From Camelus ferus (Eukaryota): a DNA stretch of 64,000 nucleotides. The notes beneath the pieces were generated by a model that was not told the origin of the DNA, did no database searches, and saw only the letters and a list, made by a program, of their open reading frames with translations. Positions 39,181-51,159 of the stretch are shown one piece after another (within the stretch, counting starts at the first letter, position 1; every line of letters starts with the position of its first letter). The translations under genes were made by a program, and so were the position numbers. Where the stretch lies: NCBI RefSeq assembly GCF_009834535.1, contig NC_045696.1, positions 15,068,001 through 15,132,000 on the forward strand, read 5' to 3'.

Positions 39181-39295
39181 ATATTTTATATTTTTACATA
39201 ACTTCTTGGATATACTTTATTATCTCTTGCTCCTGCAATTTTATTTAGCTTTTTTCTTTGGTTAGAAGGTGCTTCCTTCTCTTTGACTGTATTCT

Positions 39296-39537
39296 TTTTT
39301 TTATTGAGTTATAATCAGTTTACAATGTTGTGTCAGTTTTTGTTGTACAGCACAGTTTTTCAGTCACACACGAGTATACATATATTCATTTTCATATTCT
39401 TTTTCACTGTGAGCTACTACAAGATCTTGAATATATTTCCTGTGCTATAAAATATAAACTTTATTTATATATTTTATATATACCTGTCAGTATCTACAAA
39501 TCTCAAACTCCCAGTCTGTCCCTTCCACCCACCTCCC
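39296..39537 (-). mobile_element. Young 5'-truncated L1 3' end with intact TSD
   Basis: Poly(T) plus reverse L1 3'UTR. Exact 12-bp TSD tgactgtattct at 39284-39295 and 39538-39549. Confidence 0.92.
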
Positions 39538-39549
39538 TGACTGTATTCT

Positions 39550-39768
39550 ATTTAACCTTCAGATCCATGAGATATTTCTTTAAGCATAATGTCTTCTTTT
39601 CTTTATGCTAAACATGCTTGATTCTAAATTGTTTCTTAATAACCACATTCTACACAGGACTGTAGATTCTTTGAAGGCAGAGAATGCCTCAGTCTTGACC
39701 TTCATTTTTCAGCACCCATACAGCACTCATAGGGTGTTTAGTAAGTATGATAAAATAATGAATGATGC
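39550..39768 (+). mobile_element. L2 3' end
   Basis: gactgtagattctttgaaggcagagaatg...cagcaccca...catagggtgtttagtaagtat...aatgaatga. Confidence 0.7.
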
Positions 39769-39844
39769 ACCAAGTTCTTAGGAGGAAAGTTTTATTCAGA
39801 TGGTAGCATGGCTGAAAAAGCGGGTTACCCAGTTTTAATGATAA

Positions 39845-40250
39845 AGAGTTAGAGCCTACAAACATTAAAGAATGGAAAAAAAAAAAAACACTGTTAAGAA
39901 CTATATGCCAACACAGTTTACAACATGGAACAAAGAGTTACATTTCTTTAAAAATACTATTTCTCAAAATTAAGAAGGCAGGAAATCTGCATAGTACTGT
40001 ACTTCATTAAGGAAACTGAATTTGTTATCAAGAAGAAAATGTAAGACTGAATTAGTTTGCTGATTTATTCTAACATTGAATAAATAAAATCAAAGTTATA
40101 TACACTTTTTCAGAAAACAGAGGAAGAGAGACAACATTCAGCTCAATATATGAGTCCAGCCTCATACTAAAATCAAAATCTGAGAAAGATCTTGAGAAAA
40201 AAAATGGAAGAAGAAAATTATAGACCAGTATTATGCATGATTAACATTAC
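39845..40250 (+). mobile_element. Old L1M ORF2 fragment
   Basis: aactatatgccaacacagttt...tttcagaaaacagaggaagag...aaaattatagaccagtatt. Confidence 0.75.
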
Positions 40251-40251
40251 A

Positions 40252-40304
40252 AGTTGAATTGTGTCCCCTCCAAAAGATATGTTGGAGTTCTGATCCCTAG
40301 CACT
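40252..40304 (+). mobile_element. MLT1A/B/C 5' terminal fragment
   Basis: gttgaattgtgtcccctccaaaagatatgttggagttctgatcccta. Confidence 0.65.
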
Positions 40305-40735
40305 TAAATAAATCTCAAGGGCATCATTCTGAATGAAAAAAAAAAAATGTATTGAAATGTCACATACTGAATGACTCTGTTTATACCACAGTTTTGACAA
40401 AAACAAAATCATAAAAATGAAAAACATGTTTTTGGGTTCCAAGAGGTAGGAAATGTTGGAGGTAGAGGAGGATGGGCGTGATGGTCAAGAGGTAGCACTA
40501 GGCAGATCTTTGTGGTATTTTGATTGTGGTGGCGGTTACACCAACTAACATACATGATAACATGATAGAACTAAGTACACATACTGTATTAACATCAATT
40601 TTCTGGTTTTGACAGTGCATCATAGTTGTATAAGATACTTTCTGGGAGAAATATGGTGAAAGGTACATCGGACTTCTCTACTAGCTTTCCAATTTCTTGT
40701 GATTCTATAATTATTCCAGAATAAAAACCTTAAAA
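40305..40735 (+). mobile_element. L1MD-like 3' end
   Basis: aatctcaagggcatcattctgaatgaaaaa...ttgattgtggtggcggttacac...ggtgaaaggtacatcggacttctct...tataattattccagaataaaaa. Confidence 0.82.
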
Positions 40736-40899
40736 GTACTATTTATAGTGAGGAACCAGTTTTTTTTTTTTTTTTTTTTACTTTTGGAAAATACTATAAA
40801 ATGACTAGAAAACTGAAATAAACCAAAGATATGCAAAATACAAACACATTCATTTTTAGAAACAGGAATATCTTCCATTTTTTAAAATATAACCAGAAC

Positions 40900-41430
40900 A
40901 TACATAATATATAAAAAAGAGAATAATTTTTAAAATAGTATATCTTCCTTATTAAGAAAATGAGCCTAGGTCACTAATATAGAGAATTGCTGTTATACCA
41001 TTTGTCTTTCTACAATCCCAACTAAAACTTTATTAATGAACTGTGATTTCATGTAATAAATACAAATGCACACTTTGGAAATACAGTGTGTAAGTATTTA
41101 AAGAAGTCTGATGTGATAAATGCAAACAATTTGCCTCTTCTTTATTAGCACGTCTAATCTAGATTTTACTGGCAACAATGCATGATATGATGACTGTCTG
41201 TGCTGTTTCTACACTTTATTTTAATGGCACTCATTATACAGAAACCAATCTCACAGATATGTAAAGGGATGGAAAAGGAGCCTTTAAGGTAATTTCAGTA
41301 AACCCAGCTTGTTTTTAGCTTGTATCCAAAAATAAAGTGATAGTGTATTTCCAAAATTCATCTTCAGCATTTCATCAGTAGCTGGTTCTATCAAATTATA
41401 CTGCCATTATATTTGGAGCCTTTGGCAAGC
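40900..41430 (-). mobile_element. Charlie2-like hAT transposon, 3' part (dimerization domain)
   Basis: Reverse translation across frameshifts gives EPATDEMLKMNFGN..FWIQAKN..FTYLCEIGFCIMSAIKIKCRNS..SRLD..HLSH, the C-terminus of Charlie/Buster transposases. Confidence 0.82.
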
Positions 41431-41431
41431 T

Positions 41432-42877
41432 ACATAGAGGCACTTCTAATACTTCTACTTGGCCCTTCCCAATATAATAGCCCTCACTGCACAGGTCAGG
41501 GAACAAATGTGGGGACTGTGGCAGCTATTAAGTCTGACTATTCCAACTATGCATTCTGGAACTGGGGAAATAATATAATGGGTTCAGGACCCACTGGACT
41601 CATTGTGAGGAGGAACTGAGTAAAACTCCATTGATCATGTGACTTCGCTAAGCCCCTACTCTGACCAGTGGATGGCAGTAACATTTTGGGTCTTCTGAGG
41701 TCTGTTTAGAGTCAGAAGTCCTCCAAGTGTCTGATGATTGCCATCTCCCCGATGTGTAGTTACCCTGGGAGAAGACTACAGGTCTTTTTGAGGAAAATCT
41801 GGGAGAATGATAAATAGCATAAATTTTCAGTATTTTGGAGGGATCTTTCCTTAAGACGACCTGACCTCCTCTTCATTCAAAGGGATTGGTGTTTATAAAC
41901 TGGCTCAACTCGGAGAACAGATTGAGAGATTGTGACTCCATTTTTATGATTCAAGATCACTTGACCTAGAACTTTTCTGTTTATACAGATCAAGTAAGAA
42001 TTTAATAGGCTTCCTATCTGGGTCACTTCTAAGAACACCATGATTAACTAGCCAATGCCATAAACCTACATGAGTCAGACTATTTTGATTGCTGCTTTGA
42101 CTCTGCTGTCCTTTAATGGTAACCACCCCCACTATGCCTTTGGGATGGAGTGATGCCACTTGGCCCCTGTCATCACTGGATCTAATTACTTTTATTGCAT
42201 TTAGTTTTTCCAATTCAGTGATTACAGTTTCTACTATAAGGTCTGAACTATAGGGAAGAGTAGATACGGAGCCTTTCCAGGCTCCTCTCACAAATTTATT
42301 TCTCAAAATACTGGTAAAAGGTATGTCTTCTGGACCCTCCCAGTGTGAATGCGTAGGTTTTAACTTAAAAATCCACTCTAACAGCCCAATCTCAATGGAT
42401 TAGATTTGATGTATTTGATTTTCAACAATTTAGGTCCTATGACTACAGGAGATAAGGGTCTCTTTCAGAGCACACATAGAAGCTCTTAGATCATTTTTGC
42501 AGCACTTCAGCTGAGAATTCAAATCCCTGAGCTCGTGTTTTTCTTTCACCACTTTGTCCAGCAACATTAGGAGCAACCAACCATTGTCATCATATTTCTT
42601 AGTTTTCCAAAAAAGTTAGAAAGTATCAGATACAGAGTAACTTAGCTTCCTGCTTTTAATGGCTGGTTGATTAGGAGTGTCCAATGCGGTATTTTGTGTA
42701 TCTCTGTAAACAGTTCACACCATATACTATCAGTGATCCTTTTTACCTCTTGAAATAAAGACATTAGCAAGTTTAAATCTAATCAGATTAGAGAGCTAAT
42801 TCTAGAAACCACAGAACCAATTCAGAAAACTCGTTCTTAAAATTCTGCCCTTCTCAATCCACTCCTGTACCAAAATC
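41432..42877 (-). mobile_element. ERV-L internal region (PBS, decayed gag, protease region); pol and 3' LTR missing
   Basis: ORF 41944-42306 (RNKFVRGA..DLIVETVITELEKLNAIKVIRS..RGQVASL) resembles HERV-L/MERV-L gag. Protease-region sequence lies at about 41450-41770. Confidence 0.9.
42856..42872 (-). promoter_or_regulatory. ERV-L primer-binding site (tRNA-Leu type)
   Basis: Minus strand reads TGGTACAGGAGTGGAT a few nt downstream of the 5' LTR end. Confidence 0.7.
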
Positions 42878-43385
42878 TGTTAGAGTTTGTCAGAGAAATG
42901 GAACAAACAGAAAGCATATAAATATATATAAGGAGATTTATAATAAAGTAACATTATGTGATTTTGGAGGCTGAGAGTTCCCACAGTCTGCTACCTGCAA
43001 GCTGGAGGCCCAGGAAAGCTGGTGGTGATACTGTAGTCCGAACTCTAAGGCTGGAGAACCAGGAGAAATGATATCAAAGTCTTAGTCCAAGTCCAAGTGC
43101 CCAAGAACCAGAAGTGCTGATGTCAAAGGAGAAAATGGATGCCCCAGTTCAACTGGAAAGAGTTAATTCACCCTTCCTCTACCTTTTGTTCTATTTAGGC
43201 CCTCAGTGGGTCAGATTATTCCCACCCACACTTGTCAAGGTGACCTTCTTTATTCAGTTTATGGATTGAAATGCTGATCTCTTTCAGAAACATCCTCACA
43301 GACACACCCATAAATAACACTTTACCAGCTATCTGGGCATCCCTTAGCCCAGTCAAGTCAAGTTGACATGTTAAAAACCATCACA
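42878..43385 (-). mobile_element. MLT2B-family 5' LTR of the ERV-L provirus
   Basis: tggaggctgagagttcccacagtctgc...gcaagctggaggcccaggaaagctggtgg...catcctcacagacacaccc...cccagtcaagtc..gttgaca...ccatcaca. Confidence 0.92.
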
Positions 43386-45301
43386 TCTTCAATTAAAATT
43401 TTGGTGATAACCTTTTGCAAGTATGAAATAGTAACATCAACATCTACTTAATGGATAATTGTTAAGTTATTAACTTCATAAAATCTTTTAAAACTACTTT
43501 TTACAAAGCTTCTCAGTTTTATTTTTGCCCTCCAATCTTATCTGCCATTGAAAAACTTATTTCATTCCTAGAAGTACTAATATCATCAAATGTACACAAA
43601 GCATCCAATAAACAAGCAATCTTGGCTATTGTTGAATATCTTTTAAAAGTTGGAACCAAACTAGTTTCTCATTTTACTAAAATACTGTTTTTTTAAAGTA
43701 ATTAAAACATTTAACACAATTTTTCTTCTCCACAACCATCATGCTTCTTTGTGCAACAATGTGCTTTATAATCAGCTTCCATATTATCACCTTGATAAAG
43801 AAAATAATCTCAAATTCAATTGTTTAGCATTTACTGAATTCACAAATGTTACTGTGTGGTTAAGCACTCTGTTTATTTAAGCTGACATTTTGTGCAGAGC
43901 AAGATTTTTTGATAAACAAAGCAGCGTGTTGATCTTCATTTTGGTGCAAGCTCAGCGCCATAATCTGAGAAACTATTCCAGAATGTTTTCTGTCATAAAT
44001 ATTGTGCTATCAGAACATACTACTACACAAAGCTTAATCTCCAAACTACATTGGTTAACCATGCATAGTTTTATACAGTTCAGACCTAGTCATTTTAAGT
44101 CAATGATGATGAAAAAAATTCCACCCATCAACATTAGGTTGAAAATGCAATATGTAGTATAATTATCATGTAAGCAGTATCTGGGCATTAGTCTAGTTTC
44201 AATTAAAAACACTCTGCTAGATTTAATTACTCTGAGTTGGTCTCCTGTATCATCACTCAGTTCCTGAATACCCAGTATCATTGGAAAGTGGTATTTGATT
44301 GACCTCATACCACAGATTCTTCCAAGCAAACATTTTTTCCAAACAAATATCTTTAACACTATATAAAGAGCCAGCAATTGTATGTATGTTTCATTTAGTC
44401 TCAGCAACCCAAAATGTTGTTTTATAAGAAGCCCACATAGCACCAATATTTATATGTGAAATGTTGAACATCTGTTTCTGTCAGTTTTTTAATGCAATAG
44501 TGTTTTTTTTTACAAAGCAGTCTTGGTTTTGAACATATTTATTTACATGTTTTATGTAAATATCACTTAAGTTGTGATGCTTTTATCCCTTAATTATCTG
44601 ACATATCTCCATAAATAAAACACTGTGGTTTTAGCATATTACCATCAATTATGATTTTAAAATGATTGCAACATATTAGGAATTGTATTTCTGAGTAAAA
44701 TGAGTATGAACTCTTGGTTTTCAGCTCTTCATAATGACTTCCATCACCATCATTTGGTCTATAACTACTGTAGCATTCATAGAATATGTATCTCCTCTTA
44801 GCAAGTCCAGTGCAGTAAATTCTCCTTATATGTTTCACTTAAAATAATGCAAATTGAATTTCCTTGTGATAATATTGTTAAACTATAACTGAAAAGCAGT
44901 TATCAATAAACAAGTGCACAGTTCTAAAAATAAATTATAAAAACTTACAAAGTTTACGTTTTGTAATTTTACAGTTACAAAATTGTACACACACTTAAGT
45001 TACAGTGTACAAACTAGCTTTAAAATGCCACATGTTGCAATGTGGTCCTATTACATGTGACTAACATGTTTATACCATATTTGACTCACAACACCCTAAC
45101 TGTTTTATACGCTGGCCAGAGACATCTCACTGATTAGAAACTTGGATGGCTTGGCAATGTCAAATTGTTGCAGACATTTTGAATGTTTGTCCATACATCA
45201 GTGCTTAGCCTCACCTCAGTGCTTATCCTCATCTTCCCTCAAACTGGTAGCAAAGAGTTCCCACTGCTCCAGTCCACAGGATCACACTTTGAGTACCCAA
45301 G
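43386..45301 (-). mobile_element. Charlie2-like hAT transposon, 5' end and decayed transposase
   Basis: Terminus (minus strand) gtactcaaagtgtgatcc. Reverse translation across frameshifts gives IDGNMLKPQCFI (BED finger), QIPLSNDT..IQELSDD..DQL, KHSGIVSQI..STRCF, LNLRLFSL..DNMEADYK..LLH. Confidence 0.88.
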
Positions 45302-45399
45302 TCTAAAAAGGCAAAAGAGGCATGAAAAAATAATAATAATGGTGCAAATGTAATATAGGTACAGGTTGTGATATGGCTATAAAGGAAAAAATACATGAA

Positions 45400-45830
45400 A
45401 AATACATGAGCAAAGAAAATAGGGGTTCTATTTACAACAAAGGGTGAGGAAAGTCCTTCCCAAGAAGGATGAATGAAGGAGGGGAGCCTCTTGAGTACAA
45501 AATGGGAAGACATCGTATTGCAGAGAATCTGAGAACAGGAAAAAGACCAGAGTGGCTGTAGGTTGTGAGACACAGTGAGTTCTAGCAAATGAGCAAGATG
45601 AGAGAGGAAAGCCCAGAGCCTGCAAGGCAGCGTAAACTGTGACAAATTGCGGTAAATTATAGTAAGTCTGATTTTTTTCCTAAAGGCTATGAGATGCCAT
45701 TAAAAAGAATAAGATAGGTTGTGGTTGTGAGTCACAATATATATTCAGAACTGCAGCACATGAGCCTGTGTTGGAAGGAGCCTGGGACCCAGTGTTAGTC
45801 TGGGTATACAGGGTAGGGTTGAGAAAGATG
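45400..45830 (-). mobile_element. L2 fragment
   Basis: aaagggtgaggaaagtccttccc...aaagaccagagtggctgtagg...ttttcctaaaggctatgagatgccattaaaa. Confidence 0.7.
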
Positions 45831-46224
45831 CCAAAGGTGAGGCATGTTTATTTTTGACAGTTTGCTTGCTGTTTTTGTGTGTTTTCATTTGTGATTGTAG
45901 CAGATTATAGAAACTCAACAAATATCTTTTCATGAATTAATAAACAGATTTATTCTGTATGCTGTACAAAAAGTGTTACTTCTTTAATACAGAATTTCCT
46001 AGTAGAAATAAGAAGATAGTATGTCAATAATTCATATCATTCCTGAGAAAGGATCAAAGTAATTGTATTAAAAAATTATAAACAAGTTCTGATGGTAATA
46101 CCCATTCTCAAGTCACTTTTAAGAATCACTAGCAATATGACAGCATGATTGTTGATACTTAAAAACTGAGCCAGCTTTTCTTAGATAGGATGACTTTGTA
46201 GATAAAATATAGGAGTAAATGTTT

Positions 46225-46625
46225 ATGCTAGATTGTGTTATTGCAGACAGTTCTTCATTCTTCCTTTTCTGTAAGGGAATTGTACCTCACTGCTCATTGC
46301 CACAGAGTTCAAGGGGCTCTTTATGAAAGGACAATATATTCCTTGCTCTATTGACATTGGACCTGACCACATGATGTCCCTTGACCAATAGAACATGAAT
46401 GGGCATGATGTAAATTACATTGGAGAAGAATCTTTAAGAGGTACTAGTAAATTTTGCTAGCCTGTTTGTTTCCATTTTCTGTCTGGGTCCTGGAATAGAA
46501 ATACAGGGGTGAGGATTGCATATGAGCTCAGCCAACACTTAGCTTGAACAAGAAATAAATGTTGCTTTATTGTTGCAAGCCACTGAGATTTTATGGCAGT
46601 TTGTTTCCTCAGCAAAGCTGTTAGA
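46225..46625 (+). mobile_element. MaLR solo LTR (MLT1I/J-like)
   Basis: ctattgacattggacctgaccacatgatg...gaccaatagaacatg...agaaataaatgttgc...aagccactgagattttatggcagtttgtt. Confidence 0.82.
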
Positions 46626-46693
46626 ACAATCTCTACTGTTACAATTTGGCTAACTGGATTTACTGTGTACAGTGGAGACTCCACCATTATTTG

Positions 46694-46745
46694 TTCATTG
46701 AGTTATTGAGTTTTCAACTTTCATTTGAGTTATTGAGTTTTCAAC
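46694..46745. repeat. Tandem duplication, 27-bp period
   Basis: ttgagttattgagttttcaac at 46698-46718 and 46725-46745. Confidence 0.9.
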
Positions 46746-47059
46746 ATTTGGATAGTACTAAAATATAGTTAGAACTAAATAAATAATCTTGGATGAATTA
46801 AGAGAATAGCAAATTGAGTGAGTGAGTGAGTTAAGTAAGAGGACTGTCATCTTCATTATTGGACATATTTTGAAAGTCAAGAGGAAATAGAAATAAGGTT
46901 AGATGAAAATGGGGTCACACTGAGAAAAACTAGGAATAGCAGATCAGTCATCTTTCATGCAGTACAAAAGAACAAGCAACTGCAGAGTTTTAATTATTCC
47001 TTACTCACTCCAATTTGTCGTGTCCAGCTGCTAGCCCCCCAAACGTCCTCCCAAGCAAA

Positions 47060-47650
47060 TATGTAAGGTTTCATCTTGACATTTTGTCACCCTTCAAATA
47101 TGCTGACCAACTACATTTTTTGAAACACTTTCTCCCTTTTAACATGACACACTCCAGTGGTTTTCTACTTCCTTCCCTGTCTTTTTTAGATGTTTAGTGT
47201 TGACATTACTTACTCACAGCTTCATCCTAAGCCCTCTTTCTTCACACTCCATACTTAACTTCCTGGATGATTTCATCCATAATCACAGCTTCAGTTATTT
47301 ACCTATTTGGGCATAACTGGGCCAGCTGTATCTCTAATATTCACCTCTAAGTTGGGCTTTATGGCTCTGTATGACCAACCCTGTTTTTGACATCAGCAAC
47401 TAGATTTTTTCCAAGGCAAGGAGCAAAGCCAAGGTTATGGAGAGCTTCTGAAAGGTTTCATAAGGTGAGAACTAAAACATGTCCATTGGATTTAGCTGCC
47501 TGGCATGAACAAGAGTTGTATTGGTGAAATGATAGAGGTAAAACCCAAATAAAAATAAGATGAGAAATTAACCAAATTGAAAGAGTGAATGTGGACAACC
47601 CTGGTGAAGTTTATGATGGGATAAAGAGACAGGTTGGAAGCTTCAGAAGA
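47060..47650. mobile_element. Two L2 fragments in opposite orientation (+ 47060-47417; - 47420-47650)
   Basis: tttgaaacactttctccc...cagcttcagttatttacctat (+), then ggtgagaactaaaacatgtccattggatttagc (-). Confidence 0.6.
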
Positions 47651-47909
47651 AACTGAGTATGTTTAGATTCAGACAGATTTCACATTTGTGTGATTTATAG
47701 CAAAAAAAAAAAAAAAGCTGTAATTTATCTTTCTTAAGAGGTAAGTGTTATATTGGAAGAATAAGTACTATCATATTGTCATACACTTTTGATATTTTCT
47801 TTCCCCATTTGATACTGAAAACAAAGCCTTCCAATTTGCAAACGTCCGTATTCTACAGTCAATTATTATTTATGGGTTTAATACACTGACTGCCATTCTA
47901 TAAACCAGT

Positions 47910-48012
47910 TAATATATGTATGTTCCTATATGACTGAATTATTGTGCTGCACACCAGGAGCTGAGATAACATTGTAAACTGTCTATAGTTCAATAAAAAT
48001 ATTAAGAAAAGA
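47910..48012 (+). mobile_element. L1 extreme 3' end (lineage-specific type)
   Basis: atatgactgaattattgtgctgcacaccagg...aacattgtaaactgtctatagttcaataaaaa. Confidence 0.82.
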
Positions 48013-48138
48013 ATGCTTTTTATCAAGGTAAATAAATAAATAAAGTAATGCAGTGTAGAGTAACAGAGTTTCTTCCATATACCTCCTTTCACACGGAAGT
48101 AGGTACCTAAACTGACATACTTGAGATTTTTTTCTGGG

Positions 48139-48520
48139 TGTGATGGTTTATTTTATTTGTCAACTTGACAAGGCTATGGTACCAGTCTAGATGTTGCTGT
48201 GAGTGTTATGTTTTTAGAGGTGATTAACATTTAAGTCTGTAATCTTTGAGTAGATTACCCTTCATAATGTGAGTGGGCCTCATTTATTCAGTGGAAGCTT
48301 TAAAAGAAAAGACTGAGGTCCCCTGAGAGACTGTAACATCATTTCTTCCTTGGGTCTTCAGCCTACTGGCCTAGCTTGCAGATTTCAGATTTGCCAACAC
48401 CCACACCAAGAGAGCCAATTCCTTAAAATAATTGTTAAGACTAAATATAAATTCCTTAATGCATACACACACACACATTCCTATATCCTATGGTTTTTCA
48501 GGAGAATCCTGACTAATATA
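48139..48520 (+). mobile_element. MLT2D-like solo LTR
   Basis: tgtgatgg...gtcaacttgac...gattacccttcataatgtgagtgggcctc...ggagaatcctgactaatata. Exact 5-bp TSD ctggg at 48134-48138 and 48521-48525. Confidence 0.92.
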
Positions 48521-48554
48521 CTGGGATTCTCTCAGTTTACAAATAGAAGTGGAG

Positions 48555-48730
48555 GCAATTTGGAAGGGATTTACAGGGCTTTTAAGCCACAGGCAGTGTT
48601 CAGTTTTTTAACCTGGGTGGTAGTTATATAGACACTTAACTTTACTAATATTTTTAAAAACATATTTTTTGTAATTTCTCTGCAGTATTAATGTATTTCA
48701 CAATTGAAAAATAAAATTATAATAAAATCT
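48555..48730 (+). mobile_element. L1ME-like 3' end fragment
   Basis: ggcagtgttcagttttttaacctgggtggtagttatatag...tatttcacaattgaaaa. Confidence 0.55.
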
Positions 48731-50004
48731 GCAATTTGAATTTCTAGATGACTACATTGTATGTAATATATAAGCCAACATCTATTTATTCCATTTATGA
48801 GATGGTATCAATTCTAGTTTAGCCTCTGTATAAAACAGATGAGGTCTTAAAGAACCTCAGATATGACATTTTTGTCATGTCTCCTACTTTTTCTTTTTTT
48901 CCTCTATCTTCTCCTCCTCCTCCGTCTTCTTCTTTTAAATTTAGTAGGCCTTTTTAGAGGTAATCTGTAGGACATATGACATATGAAATAAAAAGAACTT
49001 AACTTTAGGTATACTTCAATGACTTTAAGCTGTGATTGAATAGCTCCTTACTATATTTCCTTTACCCTTTTTCCATCAAAACTTACTTAATTCTGCTTAT
49101 CAGTTCCTCCAAGTCTTGCTTAGAGCTAGAAAGTAATGTGTTTTAATTGAATAAACTTTTTTTCTATGACTTAACCCTTGTTGTTTAACATCCAGATACC
49201 AGTCTCTTAAGGCAGCTCAAGGGAGCCCTTGCTGCATGTCTAATACAGACAAGTTCAGAAGCATTGCAGTTAACTGGGGAAAGGTCACTCGGCGTGCTTG
49301 TCATTCCTCTAGTCACACCATGTAAGCAGATCCCTCCTACACAGGGCTGGCAAAGAACCTATTATATAAACATAGAGTAGGCCAGGGCCCTGGTATAAAT
49401 CTCTCCATCTTTAGCCATCAGCTGCCCAGGATTATTAAAACAAAGGAGAAAAGTGTTATCAGTGGGGATTGGATTCCATTTTTACTCTTTGTTAACCTCC
49501 TGTCCAAAATGAATCAGAAAGCCAACTAAGGAAAGCCACATTCATTGGATTTGTACCCAAAATATGCAAAGTTTGAGGATTTGTCTCATCTTCTGGAGGT
49601 ATCTGATTTAGATTTCTTACCTGTAGGTCAGGTGATTTTTAAATAACTCTATTCCACCTGAAAATGTGATGATCCATTGGATTCAGTTTGCTTTTTAACT
49701 ATCAGTGACTTTATTTGCAATATGAAGTTTGTAATATCCAACTCTTATCTTTAAAATGATGTTAATGGATTAAAATTGAAATGAAAAGTCACTACTACAA
49801 GTGTGTACATGTGTATCTGTAATGATTCTGCTCCATTAATAGGCAAACACTTTATATTTTGAGAAAAATATACTTCCAGTAAGTAGTCACATGCTTTGAT
49901 TTTTTTCTGAGCAATTCAAAATGAGTCAAAAGGATAAAATTGCTAAACATTTGGTTTCTTCTTTTATGCAGAATTTAAGAACTAAAGCTGAATGATGATC
50001 AAAA

Positions 50005-50056
50005 ATAACACTGTAAACTGACTATACTTCAATAAAAAAAAAGAAAGTTAAAAAAA
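50005..50056 (+). mobile_element. Severely truncated L1 3' terminus
   Basis: aacactgtaaactgactatacttcaataaaaaaaaagaaag. Confidence 0.75.
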
Positions 50057-51159
50057 CATTCTGGACTTCGTTGCATTAAACAGTCTAATATACATGTGGT
50101 TTTGAATTCATTAAAATGGATTTCCTTTAGACACTTTAAGCTCACTTTCTGTGAGATCCATTTACGAATTGGGCTGTTTGGCTGATGACTAGACATCAAG
50201 GAATGAATGAGAGAACTGTTTTCATTTGCTCCAGTGAAAATTCAGCCACATTCTTTGTAAGGAGTTGAGTTGTTTTCCACTTCTAATTGCCAGTCACCCC
50301 TCATTGATCTTAGAAAGAAAGACATCTATGTAATGACCACATTAACTATTTTATAAGAAGTAACATATCTTTGCAGATTCTTATTATTGACTCTGAGCTT
50401 TTTTTTTTTTTTTTTTTGTAGAATTTTGCCTATTTCTCCAGGAGATACGTGTGCACTTCAACTACATACAGCCTAACTGCTGAAGTACTTATAGCAAGAA
50501 AGAAAAATACCTTGACACTGAAATAGTTTTACTCTGCCTTTGTAATTCCATTTCTAAAATACATTCACTTCTATAGCATTAATGATGTGATTTCAAAAAT
50601 TATTTCTTAAAATTTCTATCTCCTTATTAATAAACTGATGTCACTCTGAAAATGAAATTACATTTATCAAATAGCCAGCACACATGATTGTAGTTGTTTA
50701 ATAAATCAATGGTGTCTTTTATTTTTTATTTTTTTCTCATTATCTGCAATGTTTCAGACTTACTTAGATTTCTTCCTTGCACTTCTCTTACATGTTTGAT
50801 GAATAATATTATCCAAGCTCTCTGATATGTATCCAGTACCTTTTGTGAATAATACTGGTGGATACTTGTCTGCAGATGGAAGCTTTTAACTAAGTTACTC
50901 CAGTAGGAGCGATGCAACTGAATCTAGCCATCCTTTAAAAACGATTGACCCTAAAAGATATATTATCTAGCCTTAAGATTGGGGGAAAGCTATAAATAAT
51001 TAGCGATTTAGAACAGAGTTTAAATCTTAAGTGAGTTGGCATTGACTACTTAGACCATCAATTCTCACCTGCATCATAGGGGTTGTATCATTCTCAAATT
51101 CCTTTCATGGAAATAATAGAAAAATAAACCATACAGGTTTGTTGACAAGATTAACTAAG

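Noticed and set aside
43890..44838. ORFs 44090-44446 and 44590-44838 as a domesticated ZBED-type transposase gene
   Set aside because: Homology hops between frames with many stops, and the element is split by an ERV-L.
45229..45645. Longest ORF in the track (138 aa)
   Set aside because: It starts at a non-ATG codon, spans L2 and Charlie-end sequence, and has no coherent protein features.
49614..49670. 37-nt minus-strand exon-like segment (TTTTCAG|...CAG|GTAAGA)
   Set aside because: Short pyrimidine tract and no recognisable peptide. Similar unsupported motif pairs occur at about 22625-22740 and 26175-26230.
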